This document shows positions 1-31,699 of a stretch of DNA of 64,000 nucleotides, piece by piece (position 1 is the stretch's first letter; every line of letters begins with the position of its first letter). This DNA is from Octopus vulgaris (taxonomy: Eukaryota), in NCBI GenBank assembly GCA_951406725.2, contig OX597826.1, positions 75,392,001-75,456,000 on the forward strand, in the 5' to 3' direction. Under the pieces are notes generated by a model. The model searched no databases and was not told the origin of the DNA. It saw only the letters and a list, made by a program, of their open reading frames with translations. The translations under genes and the position numbers were made by a program.

Positions 1-54
1 GCATATGCATACGCTTGTACTCTGAGTAGGCCTATATGTCAATAAAGATATTGT

Positions 55-153
55 GAGTCGGAGTCGGTATAGCTTTACCGACTCCGACTCCAGCTATCCC
101 TTAATTGTTTGCGACTCCGACTCAACGATTTCAACTCCGACTTCACAGCCCTG
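55..153. mobile_element. End of a non-autonomous DNA transposon (hAT-like) with GACTCC/GGAGTC subterminal repeats
   Basis: Repeated ccgactccgactc motifs ending in cagccctg (CAGGGCTG terminus on the minus strand). Confidence 0.5.
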
Positions 154-514
154 GTTTAAATATCTCCCGCGAAATTTTCGTATATATAAATTCACCGTTA
201 TGCTGGAGCACCGCCTTTAGTCGAGCAAATCGACCCCGGGACTTATTCTTTGTAAGCCCAGTACTTATTCTATCGGTTTCTTTTGCCGAACCGCTAAGTG
301 ACGGGGACGTAAACACACCAGCATCGGTTACTTCAAACGGCATTTGTATAGGAAATAAAAATTCACGCTTACTTGTCGGAGAATGGAGCAACTGTTAAAG
401 CTCCAACCAGGACACCGCCGAACATTGCTGGTGCCGCAATGTTCTTCAACCATTCTCTGTCACAAACCAAGTCATACTGTAAGATAAAATAAATCATGAT
501 ATAGTCATTTGTTT

Positions 515-571
<57 letters not shown>

Positions 572-789
572 ACATTCATACATACATACGCATATATATA
601 TATGCATACAAACGTCTATATACATATGGACATATTTATCCATATACATATAAGCATACATATCAACATACATATGTACACACACTTATATGGATGTATG
701 AAAGATTACGCAAAGAGCGGGTTTGGTTGCTCTCCGACATTGATCCGGCTGATTGTTACTTCCCGATAACATTGTTCTTTTTTAAAACA

Positions 790-1705
790 CAAATGAGGGG
801 TTGAACCTCTTACAACAATTACAAATTGAGGCACTGAGCCTCTTACCAATTAAAAAAAGGTTCAGCAAATATATTCGACTTGAGGCGCCAAGCTTCTTAC
901 CAAAATCACCAAAGTTCGAATCGAGGTATTAAGACTTCTTACTCTGCCTCCAAGATTAAGTCTCTTGCCGCCTGCAGTCGCAAGCCGGGGTCCCATAAGA
1001 GATAATATATTCATCCTTGGTAAAGGAATCCATCACCCTGTAGAAATAATTTTCCTCCATGACCTCCGCATCCACATGTGGAGGCCAATCCGGGCTTTCA
1101 ATGCTGGTCAGAACCGCCTGTTCCCGACCTTCCAGATTCCTCACAAAGTTCTCTATAGCCCCTCCCTTAAGAAAGATCACAAACTCCTCATTTATTATAC
1201 TGGGAAGGGCCACAGTTTCCTCCGTCGGTTGCACAATTCCCACTGATGAGGTTTCGGGACATGCCGGCTGTGTACTGCTAACCGCCGGCATTGTCCCATT
1301 CTTTTTCTTCTTTTTTCTTGTCTTTGATACGGGAGGGGTGGTTCCTTTGCTTTAACCGGAGGATCATCCTCCCCTCCCGCAGCTTTAGGATCCTTCGTTG
1401 AGCAACCATTGTTGCCCACCTTCTTCCTTTCCCCGTCCCCCTTTTTTCGGGGAGGTCTCTACCTCCTCAACTACCTCCATCTCTCCCTCCGGGGGAGGAT
1501 GGGGGCTCTTCCACAACCAACTGTTCCAGGGCCCTACTCTGGTCCTGGGGACAGTTCTTTTTAATGTGGCTCGGTTCTAGGCACAGGTGACACTTAGGAG
1601 CGAGTGGGCATCCCTCAAGTATCACCGGATATCTGCAACCGGCTATTTTCAAACAATATGGGAAAACCAAATTCTTGGTTGATTGGGTCCACATCGAAAA
1701 ATGAG
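790..1705 (-). mobile_element. Decayed gag-like/ORF1 retroelement fragment with a CCHC zinc knuckle
   Basis: PKCHLCLEPSHIKKNCP (CX2CX4HX4C) in a broken reading frame; GC-richer than the flanks; short degenerate tandem repeats at 790-950. Confidence 0.6.
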
Positions 1706-1800
1706 AATCCTGATGAAGGCTGGAGGGTATAATAACAAGCAAGATGAGGACAAATATCCTTCTAATGTACATAATTCCTCATCTCTAAAATATAGAACTG
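1706..1800 (+). mobile_element. Penelope-associated terminal repeat fragment with a partly deleted hammerhead
   Basis: cctgatgaaggctggagggtat...aagatgaggacaaatatcc...tatagaactg; same family at 12580-12648, 51713-51856 and 52066-52195. Confidence 0.6.
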
Positions 1801-1807
1801 TACTTAC

Positions 1808-2181
1808 GTCAGATACCATATATGTTACATCCTTTGGGAAGAACTTTCGACCATAGTTGCAGGGTTCCTTTGTAGAATTACTTGTGGGTAGGACATAGAA
1901 TCCGTCTTCAGTATCCAGGTTATACACGGAACATTTCCCCTCTTTGACAGTTACATCATTTAAGAATTCATCCAAAGAAATATTTGATGGAATCATGGAT
2001 TCATTGAAATTTGCAGGATAGCAAGCAAAGGCGACTTCCTCTCGTATAAACACCACCGTTAAATATGACAGGGCGTCTAGTATTAGAAAGGTTAAGACAA
2101 AAGCGGTGCATATCTTCTGAAACAAACCATATCCCCCACATTTCTTTAATATTTCCTCGGTAATTTCTGAATTTGACGAAA
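1808..2181 (-). CDS. SLC22: SLC22 gene A exon 2 (TM1 and extracellular loop); gene continues left of the window
   Basis: caattttag acceptor (phase 1), GAC|gtaagt donor (phase 0); EEILKKCGGYGLFQK...FACYPANFNES...CSVY...CNYGRKF...MVSD; homologous to gene B exon 2. Confidence 0.9.
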
Positions 2182-2774
2182 CTAAAATTGGAAACAAAAC
2201 AATCTTTATTTCAATAATTATCTCTAATTAATCACTAAAATGCAATAACTGAAGCGAGTTACAAGATTATAAATACAAATGTTTTTAGTTTTCCTTTTAA
2301 ACCAAAACAATGCAAGTCATAAGAAATAATAATTTGAATATTTCGAGGTTGGGACCATTACCTCAGGAAAACTTCGAAGAAAGGATGTTGTGAGCTGACA
2401 TCTGTGTTCCCGAAATATTGAAATACAAGGTAAAAATATAAACCATCGACTTATGGTTTGCATTGTTTTGCCTTTAAAATATTAAGTATACACGCGCACA
2501 CACACACATGCTCTCTCACACACACATGCTCTCTCACACACACATGCTCTCTCACACACACATGCTCTCTCTCTCTCTCTCTCACTCTCTCTCAAACATA
2601 GCACTAAGATCATAGACGTATGGTCATCTGAACGGCCTCCAGAATATTAGCATTTTTTACAAACTGTCACCAATCCTCAAAAGATAAAAATTGAAATCTT
2701 AGACTGTAAATATAATATACAAAAAATGCTATCTATAGTACAATCAATATATATTTAAACATGAGACAAAATTC

Positions 2775-3110
2775 TTTTCTACTCTAGGCACAAAATTCAT
2801 CGACCCCGAAAGGATGAAAGGCAAAATTGAGCTCAGCGGAATTTGAACTCAGAACGTAAAAACAGACGAAATACCTATTTCTTTACTACCCACAAGGGGC
2901 TAAACATAGAGGGGACAAACAAAGACAGACAAACAGATTAAGTCGATTATATCGACCCCAGTGCGTAACTGGTACTTAATTTATCGACCTCGAAAGGATG
3001 AAAGGCAAAGTTGACCTTGGCGGAATTTGAACTCAGAACGTAAAGATAGACGAAATACCGCTAAGCATTTATGCCCGGTGTGCTAACGTTTCTGCCAGCT
3101 CGCCGCCTTA
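2775..3110 (-). mobile_element. tRNA-derived SINE family 1 (Meta-like central domain), dimeric copy
   Basis: ggcggcgagctggcagaaacgttagc head, GTTCAAAT B box, gcctttcatcctttcggggtcgat core. Confidence 0.8.
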
Positions 3111-3419
3111 ACATGAAACAAAATTAAAAGTATGAATTGTCTAATAGCGCGTATTATACACTTGTTAATATTATGACGGTGAGCTGGCAGAATCGGTAGA
3201 GCATCGGATAAAATTCTCAGTGGTATCTTTTTCAGTTTTGCACTCTGAGTTCAAATTCTGCCGAAATCGACTTTATTTTCCTTCCTTTCGGGGTCAATAA
3301 AATAAAATATCAGCGAAGTACTGAGATCAATATAATCGATTAAGCCATCGCTTAAAACTTCAGGCTTTGTGTTTAGAGTAGAAAGAATATTGTGTTAATA
3401 ATACATAGTTATTTTGGAT

Positions 3420-3810
3420 TGGAAGCACTGCGACGGTTCCGACGAAGAGGGTTCCACTTGATCCGAATCAACGGAACAGCCTGCTCGTGAAATTAACGTG
3501 TAAGTGGCTGAGCACTCCACAGACACGTGTACCCTTAACGTAGTTCTCTGGGATATTCAGCGTGACACAGAGAGTGACAAGGCCGGCCCTTTGAAATATA
3601 GGTACAACAGAAACAGGAAGTAAGAGAGAGAGAGAGAGAGAGTTGTGGTGAAAGAGTACAGAAGGGATCACCACCATCCCCTGCCGGAGCCTCGTGGAAC
3701 TTTTAGGTGTTTTCGCTCAATAAACACTCACAACGCCCGGTCTGGGAATCGAAACCGCGATCCTACGACCGCGAGTCCGCTGCCCTAACCACTGGGCCAT
3801 TGCGCCTCCA
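3420..3810 (-). mobile_element. tRNA-derived SINE family 3
   Basis: tggaggcgcaatggcccagtggttagggcagcggactcgcgg...gtttcgattccc head; related copies near 13293, 19435, 22163, 30010, 59127 and 59625. Confidence 0.8.
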
Positions 3811-4170
3811 CATAGTTATACATCATATGTGAACATCATTGAATGCAGTGCCTTAACGTTGGCGAGTACCGCCGTGGATATTTACTCATTATTTATCCCA
3901 CTTTGCAAAGACAGGATGGTTTTAGTGTTAAGCCAATGATAAAGACTTTTATTTCAAAGTGTAACTATGTCAAGATTATTTTCGTTTCAATGTTCTGTAC
4001 ATTTGAAACGTCAACGCATTGAGCGGGAGTCTAGAAAGTATAACGAAGAAAATGTAAACGTTTGGCGCGCGTTTGTGTCTTACGGGTAAAAAATACACTT
4101 TTAAACAATTGAACAGATGTGCTGCAAGACAATAACATGATATTATACAGCAGTTTACTAAATATACAGT

Positions 4171-4745
<575 letters not shown>

Positions 4746-4761
4746 GTAATAATTGCCCAAC

Positions 4762-4822
4762 CTTTGAATTCAGAAATAGTTGTCTCGTTCACATCGCTCA
4801 ATTCCATTAGGTTATTCTCCAT
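4762..4822 (-). CDS. SLC22: Probable coding exon 1 of SLC22 gene A (MENNLMELSDVNETTISEFK)
   Basis: ATG at 4822; AAG|gttggg donor in phase 1 matches the 2181 acceptor; mirrors the short acidic first exon of gene B. Confidence 0.5.
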
Positions 4823-5373
4823 GTGACTGTTGTTGTCTGTTTTTGACAACCTCTCTAAGCCAGGCTTGTGGTTGCTTTGAGTTTATGAAAGCTTATGACA
4901 TATAAGATTTCATTGCCAAATAGGTCGTATTCTAAACTTACAATGTCAAATGAATTTCAGATGCGCCAATAAAATGAAGGTACATCATGAAAGATTGAAA
5001 GGTATGTAAGCTCTAAGCTGAAACGAAAAATATGATAATGAGATTTTCTGAAACGTAAATTTTCGGTTATCCGAATACACTCATTAACGCATGCATACAT
5101 CCGCTTGTTTTTCATATGAGCACAATTTATCCCTAACTTAAGGAGTTGTGATTGTGTCATTGAAGAGATTGCTTCCCGACCTTGTAGTCTTAGGTACCGT
5201 CCTGCTCGCTGCACGGCATCTTGCGAATGGGTTTCGTAAAGAGAAACTGAAATAAGCTTGTTGTATATACGAAAAAAACAAAAGACGAAGATATGTTGTG
5301 TACAAAACAAACAGATGTATTAGTATAACGCTCAGGAATGTATGTAAATATATATATATATGAATATATTTGC

Positions 5374-5440
<67 letters not shown>

Positions 5441-5454
5441 TGCACAAGTTAGGA

Positions 5455-5485
<31 letters not shown>

Positions 5486-8400
5486 CACAAGTTAGGAATA
5501 TATCATACAAATTATACGTCTTCACATATAAACATACAAATATCTAGCATTCCTCGATCCTGGTGTTTAGTTCGACTAGATGTACTGTCAGAAAAAATCT
5601 ACATACACGCACCTTCAGAATTGAGTCTGATCATATACGTGAAACCATATGTATTTCATATTTAAAGAGGATATCTATAAGCCTTTTATAAGGATATGGT
5701 AATGGTAATATTTAAAAAAAAAATTAAAACGAAGATTTAAGTGTGATAGTAAATAATATTATTAAATAATATCATTAAATCACTTTTGTTTAATAAAGAG
5801 GTATTTTTTCATGTGTCTACATGAAAAAAACTTTTTCATCCCTCGTATTAACTAGGTTCCCTTTCCGATTCATTATTTTATAGTTTACTTCCAGGCATAA
5901 TCTACAGAATTTATTGTTAATTTTGTAAGAAGGTGCATATGCTAAAATTTTCCGTTTAATTATGAAGTTGACGTATTTTTTGAGGTGCCAAATTTTTTGG
6001 AGAGTCCAGTACTGTTAATTTTGTTTTGGTCACCGAATAATCGATTCGTGGTTCGCTATTCATAATTTGATCCAGTTTTGTGTCGATCCAATATAATGAT
6101 AGGTTGTTCCGTTGATTAGATCAATTGAACCGTCGTCGTTGTAATCAACGGAGTGCCAGTATTTTAATAGCTTTCATGATTTTCTTTCTCCTTCTCCCAC
6201 GCGTTCTCACACATTTGGCTTCTAGTGACCCTCTTTTTGATGATAATTTCTCAATTTCTGTTGTCACCAGATGTTATATATTACACTCATTTATTATTAT
6301 AATTGGTTGTTGTATGCATAGCTAACTAAGGAAACTACCACAAAAAATACTGTGAATGAACTCTAACATTCCAGTTCATCAGAATTAGTGTTGCGTTGTG
6401 GAGAAGAAATCACTAACTCGCTAATTAATGTTAATGAGACAAAGGGACAGAAGCTCTGAAATATTAATTTCCATCAATTGTCACATTGTATCAAGTAATT
6501 TTGTGTATCTCTTTATTATGATACGCTGTTACAAGGTCCAGGAAATAATGAGAAAATTTATGCTTCGCTGAAGATGATTACAAATAGTGATAAAAAGGCT
6601 TGAGTTTTTGCCCCTTTAGCAAAATTTACATTAATCATATATTTGTTCTCAAGGTATTGTTTTCACCTCTGTTAATGTAGCAGAAATTTAATTTTAATTA
6701 ATTAAAATCGAGGCGTTGTCTTCTCTTTACTCAGATTAGATTATATTAAAAATGAGAAATTTAACTCGTTTTTCCTCTCACCATTATAGCTGCAATTTAA
6801 TTTTTCTTTCAAAAATAACACATTAACAACTATATCTTGAATCCCATACAGCAAAGTTACATTATGACGCAATGGCAGAATGGATATGTAAATGAATATA
6901 TATATATATACACCCAATCTTATATAGTCACATCCCGAGTTCAAACCCTCATCTGGATTTATTTTATTTTCTCGTTGGTGTCGATGAAATGCATTCCAGT
7001 GTTGTATGATACTAAACCTTTTGTTTACCGCCACCTACAATAAACCAGTGGACGTGCATGGTGTCGATTTGAGATAGCGTATTTTCCGTCATTTTCAGGC
7101 ATATTTAACATAGAATATAAATTACCTATTTAGTATTCACATAAGTCTGTCAAAAGCCATGCTTATTTATTCACATTGTTTTGAATTAATCATACATTAT
7201 CTTGAATGCAGGTTATTAATTTATAATTTCTTTCATAATAAACGACCCTAATTTTTTGAAACGAAAACCGTTGAAGCTACTTCAAACAGAGATCATCAAA
7301 CAATTATACAGGACACAAATATAGAGAAACCTTTTAGGATGAGAGTTCCAAACAATAGTTCCACAGGATTTATCTATAATCATACTGTTTTATAACGAAT
7401 GATCGAAATCTTTTGAAAGGAAGATTATTTATAGAGGGTAATTCAGGCATATTTAACATAACAATTATACGGCATGTAGAAGCGTATGAGAAGCGTATGA
7501 GAAGCGTATGAGAAGCTCACCACGCAAATTTGAGAAAATTCAAATTCAAATGATAATAATGAGACGTGTAAATTCATGAAATATCAAGATAGTATGAAAA
7601 TAATGGTCTCGGTCTCTCTGCAACTCTTTGTTTATCTCTCCCTCTCTCAGTCTCTGTCTGTCTCTGTCTGTCTGCCTGTCTCTCTCATACATACGCACAC
7701 ACACAACACGAATAATCACCACATGAATAAACGTATCTTGAAAGAGGACATCAACACCAATCGATGAATCACCAGTTCTTAAAATGTCACCGCGCTGACG
7801 GCGAGCTAGTCTCACATTCACAGACAACGAAATGAAGAAACCCAGTCGTTATAAGCAATTTATTACATCGTGATCCACGACCAGAGAATAGAAGTGGAGA
7901 AATTTTAAAGCCATTGTAAGAGAAATATTTTAGTTTAATGACAAATGCAAATAAACTGGCATCCGTTGGGGTTCCGAGGTTCGCTCGCTTTCAACTAAGT
8001 GACTTTAACCGTGGCGGTTGAACAATTGTACGTTGGGTGATAAGTATTAATCATTTCCCTTGAATTCTGCCAACGTTAATATAAGGCTCTGAACTTAACC
8101 TTTACTAACCAATAAGGGCCTGAACCAGTTACGATTTTATTTACGGCCTCCTTGCTCATCCTTCGCTCCGAGAATACCTGAACGATTTGCCACTAATGAA
8201 ATTCACAGTAGCTCTGAGCTGAATCATCAACTTTCACATTCATCTCAGAGCCTTTATTACTATTTCTCTTGTTAAAAAGTAATTGTAGAAACCTACCGAA
8301 GCTTTTAGAATGATTCAAATTCTTCAATGTTCTTCAAATCCAAATTTTAGCCGGACATTTTTGATGATGGAACACACAAGATGAAGGGTTTTGTGGACAG

Positions 8401-9189
8401 AAATGCCCGAGACTGTACAGTTTTCAGCGAACCTGATAACGCTATCTACAACTTGTACCAACTTCTTTTGGTACAATCTGATAAACCCTTTACTGTTATC
8501 TTTAGTAGTCATGGATCTGAATTTATTATTTTACTTTGCTTTCTTTCTCCCCAGTTCCACTACTTCCGCTACAAGCGTACGACTCGAGAGGAGGATCCTA
8601 GTCAGCCACCAGCTATGATTGACGTCTATCAAAACAGAGGAAAATATGTTTAGAACACAACAGGAGAGTTTGTAAAATAGGTCATTCATACCCGATGACC
8701 CGTCACCCGTATAATCGAATATAGCGTCCGCTTAAATTGGATTTCTGCTACATTTTGCAGCAGATCGTCGAGGCACGCATTGAAGCATAGAATCTCGAAG
8801 CATCCGGACCGCATGAACAGTTCGATGGTGTTGCTAAAAAAAAAACAAAAAGACACACAGGTTCATTTCAACTCATTGGATAATCGCGTCCCCATCATAC
8901 TCCACCAAAAACCCTGTCGTTCTTCAGTTTCCTCGACAAGGATCATCCAGCCGGGCCCCAAAAACAGTTCCAGGATTTATTTCTGCTTCAGTGTACTCAC
9001 CTTGGCTCCGACAGGAAAGCTCCGAATTAACCGCCGAAGAAAGGGTAAAGTTTCATCCTCATTGCCAACCAGTGCAGCTGCAAAATCCTTTCTGACAACA
9101 TTTTGTAAATAAACAGTTAATAACCTCGCCTGCAGGCTAACGCTTTTTACTACTACTTCCTTACTATGCATTATCTACTTTGAATTTTT

Positions 9190-9660
9190 TATCATTCATT
9201 GTTCGACCGTGGTCGAGATAATGGAATTTACTATGTTACGCCAGACTTCACGGTCCATCATGGCATTACGGAGGTCCTGTTGCTGGATGCCTGTATCCTT
9301 GGAGATTACATCAGGGTAGGAGAGTGTGCGCCCTCTGGTATCGCGAGCAGATGGCTTCCAGAAGAGAAGAGTAGAAATTACCTCGTTTTCAGCTCTACAA
9401 CAATGTCCAGCAAACTGGACTCTTCTACCTTTCACAAGAGATGATACAGATGGTAGGTTCCCATATATTTGTACTTTGGTTGGATGACGCTTCCACGAGA
9501 GATTTTGAGCTCTCATAAGGAGGCGAGTGTAAGTTCCATCCAACCGCCTCTCAAGCTTCTTTGATAACGTCCAGGTTTCTGAGCCATATAGTAGAATTGG
9601 TTCGACTGTGGCTTTGAAGATTTTAAGTTTGAAATCTCTACTTAGATTTGATGACCAGAT
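9190..9660 (-). mobile_element. RTE/RTE-X LINE ORF2 3' end
   Basis: IFKATVEPILLYGSETWTL...LDGTYTRLLMRAQNLSWK...RRVQFAGHCCR...AMMDREVWR. Confidence 0.85.
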
Positions 9661-10482
9661 TATTACAGGCTATTATTACATATCATTACAGGCTATTAAT
9701 TTTTCTTTAGTCATATATGGGGCATCATGGCCTACTCTAGCAAAGAGTTATTACTGTTGGAGACATATCCGGGTGTAGGAGGTTGGTCCGGGATTTTTTG
9801 AAGAAATTTGTCCAGTGAACTTTCGAATTTCATGGGATCCGTTTCCGTTTTGACGTATTTTGGCATTAAAGAGAGCTGGACCGGTTGAGGTAAAGTAGTT
9901 GTGGCGTAATGTTGTTATGCGTCGTGAGTTCTAATTTTGCAGTTAGTGGATAGCACAGGGGCCAAGTCTTGGGTGGATTTTAAAATTGATGGAATATTGA
10001 TAGAATATTGATTTTAAAATGGATGTGCAATATTGATGGGATATTTTCCCCATCACACAAATGATGTAGCGCTCCCGGCGGCGTTGGAGAGAGTAGAGAT
10101 TGTTGTTTTTAGTCGACCCCAATAGTCAATGCCTCTCATATCATCTGTCTCTCTCGGTATTGACCTCTGGAGTGGTTCCACTTTCGTAATGAGTTGCTTC
10201 GTGTGGGGAGACATGTTAGAGAAACGAATATTTTGAATTGTATTTATATTTATATAAAATGCAGTCTTAAATATTCCAAACGCGACATCTGTTTTATAAA
10301 CAATTATCTACAGTTTTTATCCACAACATCTGAATTACGGGACGAAATATATGCAATGAGTTTTGTCAACTCAAAATTAGAGAACAAAAGAAAGTTTGTT
10401 ACTCATTATGCATACATGAATAAACACATACATACATATCAATATGCTTATACAGGCACAAGTTTACACGTTGCATATACAA

Positions 10483-10521
<39 letters not shown>

Positions 10522-10714
10522 ATTATATATATATAACAAAAAGGAGGATGTGTTGCATTTCTTGACTCTTCAAACAGGCAAATCTGTGAAGTTCCGCCAG
10601 CCAGAGTATGTAAGTAAATATTACAAATCCACTCTTCATAAATACATACATATATACATACATACACACACACATACACACATACATATATATATGTATA
10701 TATACATATGTATA

Positions 10715-10791
<77 letters not shown>

Positions 10792-11210
10792 AGATGTATA
10801 TATGCACGCACACACACACACACATCTTGTATACATAAAATTGATGTTTTCTTTTTGTGTGTACAAAATTTCAATGTACAATAACTTCTACATCTTTCAT
10901 CCGATTTCTTTAAAATTTTATACACAACTGCTTCACACCCAGGGCCCGAACATAGGTTACTTAGATTTTTTAACATCGATATTGGGGCCTCTAGAGCTTA
11001 CCCAACTAGGTAAATATTTACAAGTACACCCTAACGTTTTTCACTCGAAAAAAAATCCACGATTTTTCGAGTGGAATCAACTTCCCCGACCTCCTACTTT
11101 CTTGCAAATCCCTTATTTTTGTAGTTCGGAAAAAAAATCGGGTGGGGGCGCTTCCCCCCGCCCCGAATTCTTGGAAACTGTTTTTTTTTTTTTTTTTTTA
11201 GAATAGATTA

Positions 11211-12030
11211 CGGTGAGCTCCTAATATGCCACAACCCCCCTTTTTTTGTTCGGAAAACGGGGTGGGGTGCATTCCTTGGAAATTTCACACCATCCTACAA
11301 ATTTCATTTTAGAAATAACAGCCAAATCTCCCTAGCCTCACTGCACCGCCTTTGTTGAGCAAAACGTAACCGTACGGTATTCTTTCGTTATTTGTGTGTG
11401 TGTATATGTGCATATATATGTGTGTATGTGTGTGTATATATGTGTGTCTATATGTGTATATATGTATGTGTATATGTGTGTGTGTATATGTGCGTGTATA
11501 TGTGTGTATATATGTCTATATGTGTGTGTGTATATGTGTGCATATATGTGTGTGTATATGTGTGTGCATATACACACACATATATGCATACACACATATA
11601 TATGCACATGCATGTATATACATGCGCATATATACACACACACGCATATATATATACTCATCAACACACACATATACACACATATACATATACATACATA
11701 TTCATATACACACACATATACACACATGTACACACACATGTACACACAAAAGATAACGTACATGTACGTTTTGCTCATCAAAGGCGGTGCAGTGAGGGTA
11801 GGGAGATTTGGCTGTTATTTCTAAAAGGACGAGTGCTACTGGAAAGTCCCTTTGTCAACAAGTACTGACCTTCGTGTAAAGACTTGCCAAAATATTTTCC
11901 TTGTGGAATTGAAGGTGAGAGGGGGATTTCCTAGTGAAATTTTTTTGGGGAGTGAAATTTCCGAGGGTTCCACCTCCAGGTTTTCCGGACAAAAAAAAGA
12001 AGGGTTTTGTGGCATATTTGGAGCTCATCG
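11211..12030. repeat. ~820-bp foldback element: inverted arms around a TG-then-CA microsatellite core
   Basis: agaaataacagccaaatctcccta...cactgcaccgcctttg is reverse-complemented at 11770-11823; gagctcctaatatgccacaa is mirrored at 12007-12026. Confidence 0.8.
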
Positions 12031-12104
12031 AAATTGTTAGCTGGTAGAAACGTTAGCACACCGGGCGAAATGCTTAGCGGTATTTCATCTGCTGTTACGT
12101 TCTT

Positions 12105-12648
12105 CTTGTATCACCGATAGTGCTTCACCAGTTGGGACTTTGGTGAACAGACTTATCACACCTTGACTCACCATCTGGTTAGATTCAATGGGGGTATCCT
12201 TGATCAATTCTGTGAAGTGGGTGGAATTCTTCACGTACGATGTTGACTTTCCTGCTAATGGACTGATTATATCCAACAAGGAAGCAGCTCAGTGGATGAC
12301 ATGCCGAACCTCTACAGCTCACTATAGGTCTTTAATGGAATAGCATCCTTGTGAATCTGAGGGAGACCGTACATGTGTGGTAGCTTACTGTAGTGTTGAG
12401 TCAGTTGTCTGTACTTCATTGGTGTAAAGTGACCCTTGTTCTTGATTAAGATCTGTGACAATTTCCTCTCTGTTTTTAAAGTAGGACCTTTCTTTACTTT
12501 GCTGTAGCTACCATCACTTATAAGACTTGCCAGTTTTTCCGAGTAGTTAGATTTGTTCGTCACCACTGTAGCATTTCCCAAGATGAGGACAAATATCCGT
12601 CAAATGTAAATAATGTAAATAATTCCTCATCTCTTAAATATAGAACTG
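12105..12648 (-). mobile_element. Penelope-like reverse transcriptase fragment with an inverted terminal repeat piece
   Basis: GNATVVTNKSNY, MYGLPQIHKDAIPL, SYVKNSTHF, VISLFTKVP motifs. Confidence 0.85.
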
Positions 12649-13292
12649 CCTCGGTTTTTTTGTTTTATTTTTTTACGCGGGAGTGGTGGTGATTGAATAG
12701 AGATGTTTCGGAATTGCATTGTTATTATTATTATTGTTATTATTTTTATATTGCATGAGCGGAAATGATGTGCGGAACACTGCGTACGCGACGAATTTTT
12801 TAATTGTGTTTTTGCTATCAAAGTGTTCACATCCGGTTGGTGGTGGACATTAGGTAGAGTGAATCAGAAAAAGTCTTGTCTCTCATAGTACAATAAATTT
12901 AAATTTTGAATAAACAGGTCATAGGGCTTCAGTTCTCGCGGACCGGTCAAAATCCCTTCGCGGACAGGATCCGACCCGGGTGCCGTAGATTGTTGACCCC
13001 CGATTTAGTGCTTTTCGAATATCATAAAGTTATCGCTTAGATTTCATTTTTTACTGTTAACATTTTCTCTTTAATAATTCTTGCTTTCATTTTCAAGTAA
13101 CGTTTTCATGCTTTCTCACAATTTTTAAAAAATAAAAATGTTCATAAACTGACTATATTCGAGAGAGGTGGCCATATCAGTAGTACAAGAGGTACAAGAA
13201 GTTTCTAAATAGAAGCTTTTACAGAAAATTTTAAGAACGTATTACTTTAAGATGATGCTCATGGTCTTTGAAAAGAAACCACAATCTTAATG

Positions 13293-13590
13293 TGGAGACA
13301 CATGGCCTAGTGGTTAGAGCAGCGGACTCGCGGTCGAGAGATCGCGGGTTCGAATCTCAGACCGGGCGTTGTGTGTGTTTATGAGCGAAATACCTAAGTT
13401 CCACGCGGCTCCGGCAGAAAGTAATGGCGAACTTCCGCTGACTCTTTCGCTACAACTCTCTCTCACTCTTTCCTCCTGCATCTTGCAGTTCATCTGCGAC
13501 GGACCAGCGTCCTGTCCAGGTGGGGAACCTATACGCCAAGGAAACCGGGAAACCGGCCCTTATGAGCCAGGCATGGCTCGAGAAGGAACA
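13293..13590 (+). mobile_element. SINE family 3 variant just upstream of gene B
   Basis: tggagacacatggcctagtggttagagcagcggactcgcgg...ggttcgaatc tRNA-like head. Confidence 0.75.
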
Positions 13591-13871
13591 AACAAAAACA
13601 CTATCTTAATACTTCTTATTCTTACTTGAAACGTAAAGCTCTCCAAACGTAACCTAAAATGACTAATATTAATGAAATATATAATCTTATTTTGAAAATA
13701 ACAAAGGTAAGTTAAATGATTTAACTCATTTAGTTCATATTTATCTTTAGTTCATATATATTCTAGATGAACAGAAGTGAAAATTTTGAAGAGAGGCTTA
13801 AAAATAACAGTTTCAACCAGGCTGAGATTGAGAAATATGAACTAAGATATAATTGAGGAATATCAACTAAC

Positions 13872-31119
<17,248 letters not shown>

Positions 31120-31166
31120 ATACATTCCAGAACCTCACTTTTAAAATGTCTCAACTAATATTTTAC

Positions 31167-31172
31167 AATAAA
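31167..31172 (+). terminator. Candidate polyadenylation signal of gene B
   Basis: AATAAA 48 nt after the stop, followed by T/GT-rich sequence near 31198-31225. Confidence 0.45.
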
Positions 31173-31337
31173 TAATTTTGGAGGCAAAATCAAATGAGTT
31201 TGTTTTCTTTTGGACATTTTGTGTAATAAGTGCATTAAATATTCGATTTGTTTTGAATTAGCAGCACAAGGCCTGATTTTGAAGGAATAAACCGTGGTCT
31301 AATAAATTATCAACAAAATACAGATGCCGCTTCTATT

Positions 31338-31573
31338 ACCTATTTCTTTACTACCCACAAGGGGCTAAACACATAGAGAGGACAAACAAGGACAGACAAA
31401 CGGATTAAGTCGATTATATCGACCCCAGTGCGTAACTGGTACTTAATTTATCGACCCCGAAAGGATGAAAGGCAAAGTCGTCCTCGGCGGATTTGAACTC
31501 AGAACGTAACGGTAGACGAAATACCGATAAGCATTTCGCCCGGCGTGCTAACGATTCTGCCAGCTCGCCGCCT
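31338..31573 (-). mobile_element. SINE family 1 monomer
   Basis: Complete head-to-tail copy. Confidence 0.85.
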
Positions 31574-31699
31574 TAGTTCGTCACTTCTGTTACCCTCACA
31601 GTTGTATAAGAAAATGTTATTTTGCCAAGTGACCATTTAAAAATCTTTAGTCTATGAATTGCATCTTCTTTTCTTTCGAATGTAAAACGTTCAAATTTA

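Noticed and set aside
2361-2401. Alternative first coding exon of gene A (ATG 2401, GAG|gtaatg donor)
   Set aside because: An in-frame TGA precedes the donor; the 4822-4762 exon fits the phase better.
13293-13366. tRNA gene
   Set aside because: The tRNA-like head continues into a SINE body that recurs across the window.
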